Assembly: GCA_050122795.1 (NCBI GenBank) | Contig: JASFIG010000001.1 | Location: 1 to 45,834 of the forward strand | Source: Desulfobacterales bacterium | Lineage (GTDB): Bacteria; Desulfobacterota; Desulfobacteria; Desulfobacterales; JAHEIW01 | DNA length: 45,834 nt | Direction: 5' to 3' | Shown: positions 35,900 through 44,177 of the stretch, piece after piece | Layout: the number at the start of each line of letters is the position of its first letter | Numbering within the stretch: position 1 is the first letter of the stretch | The notes under the pieces: generated by a model | What the model saw: the letters and a program-made list of their open reading frames with translations, nothing else | Database searches by the model: none | What the model was told of the DNA's origin: nothing | Position numbers and translations under genes: made by a program

Positions 35900-37226
35900 C
35901 AATGATCAATTGCTGAGAAAAATGAATACACTACACACCCAACTGTCTACCGATTCGGAAATCAGTATCGAAACCTTTTACCGGGTTTTCCGGGACATTA
36001 GCACCCTGGTGCACACCGGCAAAAGTTTAAAAGAGGTCCTGGATCGGGTTGTCTGGAAAGCGACGGATCTGCTCACCGCCAAAGGTGCTTTGCTCAGAAT
36101 CCGCAACCTGGAAACACAGCAGTTTGCGGTTGTGGCTGCATTCGGTCTGGGTGAAAGATATCTGAATAAAGGACCCGTTACGAGCGAAAAAATTATTACA
36201 GATGAAATCCGACAAAACCGGGTTTTGATCATCGATGATATCTGGAAAGCCCCCCGGGTCGAATACCCGCAGGCGGCCTGGGATGAAGGCATCCGCATGA
36301 TTTTAGACATCCCCCTGACCGTTGCAGATCAAATCATCGGGCTTTTAAGAATCTATCTGCCCGAGACCAGAAATTTTTCAGAAGATGAACTTGATTTTAT
36401 GGTTTCCATCGGCGAGCAATGCGCCTGTGCGATCAACAAGGCCCGTCTGATCGAAAACCAGAAAGCCCGTTATGACCACCTGGCCATTCAAACCGAGAAG
36501 ATGTCGGCCCTGGGACGCATGGCAGCAGGGATTGCGCATGAAATCAATAATCCGCTGGCGGGTATTTTACTTTTCAGCTCAAATTTGAGAAAAAAAGTGC
36601 CCGCCAAGGGTGACCTGAAAGAAGGGCTGGATGTCATTGTTCGAGAGACGGTGCGCTGCAAAACCATTATCCAGGAGCTTTTGGAATTCTCTCGTGATCG
36701 GGAGCCACGCAAGGAAATGGCGAATCCGAACGCCATCCTGGAAAAGGCCTTGAAAATTTTGGAAAACGAATTTCGCCTGCATCACATTCAGATCGAAAAA
36801 CATCTTGCCGACGAAATGCCTGAAACACTGCTGGATGAAAACCAGATCGAACAGGTCTTTGTGAATCTGTTGCTGAATGCGGTGCAAGCCATTGAAGAAA
36901 AAGGCATCATCACCGTAACCAGCAGCAACGATAAAGGCCGCGAGAAGGCCCTTATCGAAATTACGGATACCGGCAACGGTATTCCTGCGGAGAATTTAGC
37001 CAAAATTTTTGAGCCTTTTTACTCCACCAAACCCAAAGGTACCGGTCTGGGGCTGGCGGTCAGCTATGCTATTATCAAAAACCACCAGGGCGACATCCAT
37101 GCTTTCAGCCAATCCGGACAGGGTGCCCGCCTCGTAATAGAGCTTCCGATTTTAGCCCAATCCGTGCAGCCGCAAAATCGCTGCCGGGACAACAATAATG
37201 CACCAAACAGCGGAGAGGCCTGTTAA
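35895..37226 (+). CDS. Cytoplasmic sensor histidine kinase (GAF, HisKA, HATPase; NtrB/AtoS-like)
   Basis: 443-aa ORF. The true start is possibly ATG 35922, if the overlapping sigma54 promoter is used. GAF-like region aa ~35-185. H-box AAGIAHEINNPLAGI. HATPase motifs LLLNAVQA, DTGNGI, GTGLGLAVS. Confidence 0.8.
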   Translation: MHNDQLLRKMNTLHTQLSTDSEISIETFYRVFRDISTLVHTGKSLKEVLDRVVWKATDLLTAKGALLRIRNLETQQFAVVAAFGLGERYLNKGPVTSEKIITDEIRQNRVLIIDDIWKAPRVEYPQAAWDEGIRMILDIPLTVADQIIGLLRIYLPETRNFSEDELDFMVSIGEQCACAINKARLIENQKARYDHLAIQTEKMSALGRMAAGIAHEINNPLAGILLFSSNLRKKVPAKGDLKEGLDVIVRETVRCKTIIQELLEFSRDREPRKEMANPNAILEKALKILENEFRLHHIQIEKHLADEMPETLLDENQIEQVFVNLLLNAVQAIEEKGIITVTSSNDKGREKALIEITDTGNGIPAENLAKIFEPFYSTKPKGTGLGLAVSYAIIKNHQGDIHAFSQSGQGARLVIELPILAQSVQPQNRCRDNNNAPNSGEAC

Positions 37227-38653
37227 TGCACGGGAGCCACATTTTGATTATTGATGATGAGCCGGTTGTTTGCGACGGATGCCGGGCCGTGCTTTCAGAA
37301 AAGTACGCGGTAGACGCCTGTTTGACCGGCAAAGAAGGTCTCGATGCGTTTTTAAAAGGACAATATGATTTGGCCCTTCTGGATATGAAACTGCCCGATA
37401 CTGACGGGATGGACATTTTGCGGATCATCCGTCAGGATAAGCCCGGTGCTTATGTGATCGTAATGACCGGCTATTCGACGGTTAAAAATGCGGTTCAGGC
37501 CATGAAATCAGGCGCTTTTGACTACCTGGCCAAGCCATTTACTGACGATGAGCTTCTGTTGGCCGTTGAAAAAGTGATCGAGCACAAACACCTCAAAGAA
37601 GAAAATCTTGCCCTGCGCAATCAGCTATATGAGCAATTTGATTTCAGCAACATTATCGGCGAAGATCGCGCACTTTTGAAAGTCTTTGACGGAATCCGCA
37701 AAGTTGCACCCACAGACAGTACCGTTCTGCTGCAGGGGGAGAGCGGAACGGGAAAAGAGCTTTTTGCGCGGGCCATTCATACCCGCAGCCCCAGAGCTGG
37801 CCGACGTTTTGTTGCCCTGGATTGCAGCTGTCTTTCTCCCAGCGTGCTGGAAAGCGAGCTGTTCGGGCATGTCAAAGGCGCCTTTACGGGCGCCATTCAG
37901 GACAAGGCCGGTATCTTTGAAGTGGCTAACGAGGGGACGCTTTTCCTGGACGAGATTTCCAACCTGACCCTTGAGGTTCAGGGCAAACTGCTGCGCGTAA
38001 TGGACACCCATGAATATAAACCGGTAGGCGCCAGCACCTTCAAAAAAACCGATGTCCGCATCATCGCGGCCACCAACCGCGATCTGAAAATCATGGTGGC
38101 TGAAAATACGTTCAGGGAAGATCTACTTTACCGCCTGAATGTTTTCCCCGTATATCTTCCGCCGCTGCGCGAGCGCAAAGACGATATTCCCAGCCTGGCG
38201 TATCATTTTCTGCGTTTTTTTTGCCGCAAGACCGGTAAGAAAATAGAAGGGTTTAGCGACGATGCCTTGCAAGTACTGGTCAATCAGCATTGGCCGGGAA
38301 ACGTGCGCCAGCTTAAAAATGTGATTGAACGCCTGGTGATTATGGCGGATCAGCGACTGCTCGACGGGCCCCAGCTTTTAGAGCATTTGCACCCCCGAAG
38401 ATCAAATGGTGGTAACAACGCCATCCCGGAAACCATCAAAGAACTCAAGGCTGTGAAGAAACACCTGCTCGACGTGCGCTATGGTGACCTGGAGAAAGCT
38501 TTCCTCGTCAAAGCACTCAAGGCCTGCGACGGCAACATCACGCGTGCGGCTGCCAGGGTGGGAATCAAAAGACCCAACTTCCACACCCTGATGAAGAAGC
38601 ATAATCTGTCCGTCAAAGATTTGAGCCGCATGTCCGACCCGGCGGGACATTAA
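37226..38653 (+). CDS. sigma54-dependent response regulator (NtrC/AtoC family)
   Basis: 475 aa. The start overlaps the kinase stop (TAATG). REC motifs ILIIDDE and DLALLDMKLPDTDG. AAA+ motifs GESGTGKE, GAFTGA, LFLDEIS, RIIAATN. HTH GNITRAAARVGIKRPNFHTLMKKH. Confidence 0.9.
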   Translation: MHGSHILIIDDEPVVCDGCRAVLSEKYAVDACLTGKEGLDAFLKGQYDLALLDMKLPDTDGMDILRIIRQDKPGAYVIVMTGYSTVKNAVQAMKSGAFDYLAKPFTDDELLLAVEKVIEHKHLKEENLALRNQLYEQFDFSNIIGEDRALLKVFDGIRKVAPTDSTVLLQGESGTGKELFARAIHTRSPRAGRRFVALDCSCLSPSVLESELFGHVKGAFTGAIQDKAGIFEVANEGTLFLDEISNLTLEVQGKLLRVMDTHEYKPVGASTFKKTDVRIIAATNRDLKIMVAENTFREDLLYRLNVFPVYLPPLRERKDDIPSLAYHFLRFFCRKTGKKIEGFSDDALQVLVNQHWPGNVRQLKNVIERLVIMADQRLLDGPQLLEHLHPRRSNGGNNAIPETIKELKAVKKHLLDVRYGDLEKAFLVKALKACDGNITRAAARVGIKRPNFHTLMKKHNLSVKDLSRMSDPAGH

Positions 38654-38672
38654 CCAAAAAAAGGCAGTGGCG

Positions 38673-38693
38673 TGTATGGACGGCCATACATTT
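38673..38693 (+). terminator. Possible terminator hairpin after the activator gene
   Basis: TGTATGG-ACGG-CCATACA followed by TTT. The stem is short, so it is weak. Confidence 0.4.
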
Positions 38694-38879
38694 GATAACC
38701 AAATGAATTTTTTCGCAATAATCGCAATTGCATGGCGTTGAGGTGTATAGCGCTTCATACGATTGGCCCGATCGGCAGCAGGGTTTCACGGTGATGCCGT
38801 CGATCGCAATATATCGATATGATTTGATAAAACCAGCAGCCCGATTGTTTTTCGAAGCGACCCCGAACATGGCACACAA

Positions 38880-38895
38880 TTTGCCACACAAGGGG
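38880..38895 (+). promoter_or_regulatory. Canonical sigma54 promoter for the REC-hdrA-mvhD-fdhA operon
   Basis: TGGCACACAATTTGCC (TGGCAC-N5-TTGC), 55 nt upstream of ATG 38951. Confidence 0.6.
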
Positions 38896-38950
38896 TTGAA
38901 CACGCGAAAAAACGCTTATTCGAAAAACCTTTTAGAATAGGAGGACCGCC

Positions 38951-39640
38951 ATGAACGCCATCCAGGAATTGAATATGACCGAACACGGTATTCCGCCTCA
39001 CATTCTGGTGATGGAGGATGAGGCCAGCGTGGCGCAGGGGCTGCAAATGGTGCTGTCGGAAGAGGGCTACGATGTCGATTTGGCCATGACCGGCAGTGGT
39101 GCGCTGAACGCCTTTCACCAAAAGGGCTTCGACCTGCTGGTTGCCGATCTGCGCCTGCCGGACATCGACGGAATGGAGGTCATCCGGCAGGTCAAGGAAA
39201 CCAAGCCCGACACGGAGGTGATTGTCATCACCGGTTACTCCAGTATTGATTCCGCGGTGGAAGCCATGAAGCTGGGCGCCTTTGAGTACCTTCCAAAACC
39301 CTTTACCGATGACCAGTTCAAACAGGCTGTCGACGGCGCTTTGAAGGAGAAAAAGGCGGTTTCAGCCGAAAAACCGGCAGTCGATTTTGAAACCGAGGAA
39401 GGCCAGCTGATTCAAAAGCGGGAGGTGATCCGGGCGCTCGATCGAACCGCGGAAGACCCGGATTTCTGGCTCGATCTAATGGAAAAAGGCTCCGCGGCGC
39501 TGGCAGATTATCAGCTTTCCGGCAGGGCCAAGTATGCCATCAGCCAGGGTGACCTCAACTGGATAAACGAAAATGTGGGCGAGCTCACCCAGAAGCAGTT
39601 GATGTTTATATACAAGCGACTGGAGCGGGAAGCCTGGTAA
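38951..39640 (+). CDS. Response-regulator receiver protein with an uncharacterised ~90-aa C-terminal domain
   Basis: 229 aa with an AGGAGG RBS. REC motifs ILVMEDE, DLLVADLRLPDIDG, VIVITGY, EYLPKPF. I did not recognise the C-terminal part (EDPDFWLDLMEKGSAALADYQLSGRAKYAISQGDLNWINENVGELTQKQLMFIYKRLEREAW) as a DNA-binding domain. Confidence 0.8.
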   Translation: MNAIQELNMTEHGIPPHILVMEDEASVAQGLQMVLSEEGYDVDLAMTGSGALNAFHQKGFDLLVADLRLPDIDGMEVIRQVKETKPDTEVIVITGYSSIDSAVEAMKLGAFEYLPKPFTDDQFKQAVDGALKEKKAVSAEKPAVDFETEEGQLIQKREVIRALDRTAEDPDFWLDLMEKGSAALADYQLSGRAKYAISQGDLNWINENVGELTQKQLMFIYKRLEREAW

Positions 39641-39676
39641 GTTTCAATGTATATATTTTTAATGTGAGGTAATACA

Positions 39677-42600
39677 ATGGGTGACAATAAGGATTTGAAT
39701 GGTGCTGTGATGGTGGTGGGCAGCGGCATTGCCGGTATGCAGGCGGCTTTAGATGCGGCCGATTCGGGCTTTTTCGTTTACGTGGTCGAAAAGTCTGCCG
39801 CCATCGGCGGGGTGATGGCGCAGCTGGACAAGACCTTTCCGACCAATGACTGTTCGATGTGAATTCTGGCACCGAAACTGGTCGAGGTCGGCCGGCACCC
39901 CAACATCGAGCTGCTCACCCTCTGCCAAGTCTCCGCTGTCGACGGCGATGAAGGCAACTTCAGGGTCAGCGTAATCCAGCAACCCCGCTATGTGGATATG
40001 AATAAATGCATTGCCTGCGGCCAGTGCGCTGCAAAATGCCCCAAAAAAGTTGTCGATACATACAATCAAGGTCTGATCAAGCGCAAGGCGATATATGTGC
40101 CTTACTCGCAGGCCGTGCCCCTTAAATACACCATTGATCCGCAGAACTGTATCTACCTGACCAAAGGAAAATGCGGTGCATGCGAAAAAATTTGCCCCAG
40201 CGGCGCCATTCATTTCGATGATCAGCCCAAAGAGATGACACTCGAAGTCGGCTCTGTCATTCTGGCTCCCGGTTTTCAGCCTTATGACCCGGCCGGTGAG
40301 GATATATACGCTTATGACAAGTCAGCGGATGTGGTGACGGCGTTGGAATTTGAACGCATACTTTCGGCCACCGGCCCGTATGAAGGGCATTTGCTAAGGC
40401 CTTCGGCAGCATCTCAGCAAAGACCGCCGCGCAAAATTGCCTGGGTTCAATGCGTGGGTTCCCGGGACATCAACCGCTGTGAAAACGGATATTGCTCTGC
40501 GGTCTGCTGCACAATTGCCGTCAAACAATCCGTGATGGCTAAAGAACACTGCGCCGGACCGTTGGACTGCGCCATTTTTTATATGGACATGCGAACCCAG
40601 GGAAAGGATTTTGATCGGTATTTTGAAAACGCCGGCCGCAAGGGGATTCGCTTCGTTCGATCCCGCATCCATTCCATCACCCCTGCCAGCGACAGCGAAG
40701 ACCTTCTGATTCGGTATGTAAATGAAGATGGATCGACAACCGAGGAGGCCTTCGACATGGCGGTGCTTTCAACCGGCTTGCAGGTTGCCCCCGAGGTCTC
40801 GCAACTTTCCAACCGCCTGGGCATTGAACTCGATCCCTATCGGTTTGTGCAGTCAGACAGTTTTCATCCGGTGGCGACTTCCAGACCGGGAATATACGCC
40901 TGCGGCGCATTTACCGGCCCTAAAGATATCCCTCAATCGGTTATGGAAGCCAGCGCGGCGGCCTGCGCAGCAACTGAAAATCTGGCTGAAGCTCGCCACA
41001 GCCTTACTGCCGCAAACGAAACGGCCCCGCAAAAAGATGTTCGGCGGGATCCACCTCGAATCGGTGTATTTGTTTGCAATTGCGGCATCAACATCGGCGG
41101 TGTGGTCGACGTTCCCGCTGTGGTCGAAGATGCCAAAACGCTGCCAAACGTGGTGTATGTCGAAGAAAATCTGTTTACCTGCTCCCAGGACACTCAGGAC
41201 AAGATAGCAGCGGTCATCAAGGAAAAAGGCCTGAATCGCATCGTTGTTGCTGCCTGCACTCCGCGGACTCACGAGGCACTTTTTCAGGAAACACTGACGG
41301 GTGCGGGTCTGAACAAGTATCTGCTGGAAATGGCCAACATTCGCAATCAGGACTCCTGGGTCCACGCCAACAATCCCGATGCAGCCACCCAAAAGGCTAA
41401 AGATCTCGTGCGCATGGCAGTGGCCAAGTCTTCGTTACAAAGCCCGTTGCTGCAAACCGAATTGCCGATCAATCATTCCGCGCTGGTTGTAGGCGGCGGT
41501 GTTGCCGGCTTGACGGCCGCGCTGGCTCTGGCCCGTCAGGGGTATCCGGTGCACATCGTAGAGCAGTCGGATCGTCTCGGCGGTAATGCCCGGCGACTCC
41601 ATCACACTTACCGGGGAGAAAATATTTCAGACCATTTGCATGAACTTAGCGAAGAGATCAGATCAGATGATCGGATCACCATTCACATGGAAACCCGCAT
41701 CTCGAATGTTGCCGGTTTTATCGGTAATTTCAAGACCGAGCTTTTAAAACATTCAGGGTCTGATTCCGTTGAACATGGTGTTGCCATTCTGGCCACCGGC
41801 GCCAAGGAACATCAGACCGATCAATATTTATACGGCCAACATCCCGCTGTGGTCACCCAGCTGGAACTGGATCAACTTTTCAAACAGGATGATCCCCGCT
41901 TGAAGAAGGCAAGCCACGTGGTGTTTATCCAGTGCGTGGGTTCGCGGGAACCGGACCGGCCTTATTGCTCGAAAGTGTGCTGCACACATTCGATTAAAAG
42001 TGCTCTGCTATTTAAAGACCAAAACCCGGACGTCAATGTCTATGTGCTCTATCGTGATATCCGCACCTACGGCAAACGGGAAGATATTTACCGTGAGGCC
42101 AGGGCGCGCGGGGTGCTTTTTTTCAGATATGGTCCGGACCGCAAGCCGGTCGTCAAAGCGGATGGCAACCTTGTGGAGGTCAATTTCAACGACCCGATCC
42201 TGGGCCGGAATTTCTCCGTGCCGGCGGATTTCGTCTGTCTGGCCACCGGTATTGATGCCTATCACGATCTGGAATTGACCCGTAAATTCAAGGTCCCCCT
42301 GGATGCGGACGGATGGCTGCAGGAAGCCCATCAAAAACTCAGACCGGTGGATTTTGCCAATGATGGTATTTATGTTTGCGGTATGGCGCACTATCCCAAA
42401 CCCATCGAAGAAAGCATTGCCCAGGCCCGCGCTGCCGCATCAAGGGCTTTGACTGTTTTGGCCATGGACAGCATCAAAGTCGGCGGGGGTGTTTCTTACA
42501 TTGAACCCGAGCTGTGCTCGGGATGCCTGGGATGCATCGAGGTTTGCCCTTTTGGCGCCATTGCGTTTGACGCCGAGCGAAGGATTGCAGAAGTCAATCC

Positions 42601-42718
42601 GGCACTGTGCAAGGGCTGCGGCGCCTGTTCGGCCGCCTGTCCTTCGGAAGCAGTGGTTTTAAAAGGTTTTAGCCATCAGCAGCTGTACGCCCAGATTAAG
42701 AGCGCCCTGGCTGCCTAA
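39677..42718 (+). CDS. hdrA: Heterodisulfide-reductase subunit A-like flavoprotein (large, two-module HdrA), 1013 aa, selenocysteine at TGA 39860-39862
   Basis: ORFs 39677-39862 and 39992-42718 are in the same frame, with only one TGA between them. The context [17 protein letters not shown] matches the HdrA Cys/Sec site. Two dinucleotide-binding folds ([13 protein letters not shown] and [13 protein letters not shown]). Several 4Fe-4S motifs ([45 protein letters not shown]). CVGSRD is present twice. Confidence 0.85.
39878..39895 (+). promoter_or_regulatory. Candidate SECIS hairpin for the hdrA UGA
   Basis: CUGGUC-GAGGUC-GGCCGG (6-bp stem including 2 G-U pairs), starting 16 nt after the UGA. 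The stem is weak. Confidence 0.3.
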
Positions 42719-42794
42719 TGAGAAAAATAAGATCTTGTTTGTTGTTTTCGTGGTTGAGTATTGAAATCTTCAACCATTCTATTCAGGGGAAAGT

Positions 42795-43322
42795 ATGAAA
42801 CCACAAAATTTTGAACCCAAGATCATCGCCTTTCTGTGTAACTGGTGCACATATGGTGCGGCGGACCTGGCCGGCGTCAGCCGCTTGAGCCACCCGCCCA
42901 ACATTCGGGTGATTCGGGTGATGTGCTCGGGTACCGTATCACCGCATCATATCCTGCGGTCGTTTCAATGTGGAGCAGACGGTATTCTGGTCGGCGGCTG
43001 ACATCTCGGTGATTGCCATTACCTGTACGGTAATTACATGACGGTCAAACGCATGCGGGTGTTGCAGCAGCTTCTCAAATTTGTCGGGCTGGACGGACGC
43101 CTGCATCTGGAATGGATCTCTTCGGCCGAAGCCCAGAAATATGTGCGGGTGGTGACCGAATTTACCGAAAAGATAAAGGCCCTGGGACCGAACCCGCTGA
43201 AAGGGTATACCGAAAAGATTGAAGCTTTAGGGCCGAGAGCCCTTGCCGGTTCAGCTCACACGGATATAGTGCTGCAAAAGCAACGGCCGACTGCCGCAAA
43301 GCGTAAGATTAAAATTGCCTAA
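42795..43322 (+). CDS. mvhD: MvhD/FlpD-like (methyl-viologen-reducing hydrogenase delta subunit family) protein, 175 aa, selenocysteine at TGA 42999-43001
   Basis: ORFs 42795-43001 and 43038-43322 share a frame. The join reads [21 protein letters not shown], which is the family's GC(U)HxGDCHY motif. N-terminus [18 protein letters not shown]. Confidence 0.85.
43018..43034 (+). promoter_or_regulatory. Candidate SECIS hairpin for the mvhD UGA
   Basis: AUUACC-UGUAC-GGUAAU (perfect 6-bp stem), starting 17 nt after the UGA. An alternative hairpin GGUGAU-UGCC-AUUACC overlaps it. Confidence 0.3.
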
Positions 43323-43332
43323 GGAGATGGAA

Positions 43333-44142
43333 ATGATAGAAGAGGTGAAGACCTGGCTTCAGGAGGGCAGGGTGGATATTTTTCTGGGGTACCGCATGAT
43401 GGCGGGGCATCCGCTGCCCCATGTGTTCGTAAAAGATAAATTGCAGGAGGTCGATGAATTGATCACTGGCGATGCCCGCTACCCGCTGGAAAAATTAGCC
43501 GCCGGAATTGCGGCCGAACAACCGGACATCAAAATCGGTATGCTGGCACGGGACTGCAACAAGCGCGCTTTGAATGTTTTATCCATCTGGAACCAATTGG
43601 ATTCCGGACAGCTCGAGACCCTCGACATTAATTGCTGTCCTTCCAATCTCAAAGACGGGGCGCAATGTTCATATTTAAAACCGTCCAAAACCGGATTTCA
43701 TAAAAAGCGGGTCGGTATCGATAATCAATCTGACCCTGAAGATTTTGAAACCTATGATCAGCAGGAACGCTTTACACGCTGGATGAATGAATTCCAACGG
43801 TGCATCAAATGCTACGGTTGCCGCAATACCTGCCCGGTTTGCTTTTGCGAGGAATGCAGTCTGGAGCACCCGGATCTAGTCAAGACCGGAGATTTGCCTC
43901 CGGAGATTCCGATTTTCCACCTGGTCAGGGCAGTGCACATGGCCGGTCGCTGTGTTGACTGCGGACTGTGCGAAGAAGCCTGTCCGGTTGATATTCCCTT
44001 GCGCTTGCTCTATCGCAAGGTCAATCAAATCGTCTCAGATCTTTTCGATTACCGGCCCGGTTCAAACACCGACCAGTCGCCGTTCAGTGTCCTGGGAGAA
44101 ATGCCGCCAGAACCTGAACCACTCAAAGCTGCGGAAGGATGA
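43333..44142 (+). CDS. 4Fe-4S dicluster protein (AsrA/HydB-like CxxCxxCxxxCPxCxC motif), putative electron-transfer subunit between Hdr and Fdh
   Basis: AAGGAG RBS at 43321-43326. The start is ATG 43333 (or 43327). CIKCYGCRNTCPVCFCEEC and CVDCGLCEEACP. Confidence 0.7.
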   Translation: MIEEVKTWLQEGRVDIFLGYRMMAGHPLPHVFVKDKLQEVDELITGDARYPLEKLAAGIAAEQPDIKIGMLARDCNKRALNVLSIWNQLDSGQLETLDINCCPSNLKDGAQCSYLKPSKTGFHKKRVGIDNQSDPEDFETYDQQERFTRWMNEFQRCIKCYGCRNTCPVCFCEECSLEHPDLVKTGDLPPEIPIFHLVRAVHMAGRCVDCGLCEEACPVDIPLRLLYRKVNQIVSDLFDYRPGSNTDQSPFSVLGEMPPEPEPLKAAEG

Positions 44143-44177
44143 TGGAAAACAATCTGTTTTTAGAGGGAGTATAAAAC

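Noticed and set aside
39749-41392. Minus-strand ORFs of 154 and 179 aa, and plus-strand off-frame ORFs, within hdrA
   Set aside because: They overlap the HdrA frame, they are Arg/Gly/Ala-rich shadow translations, and they have no motifs.
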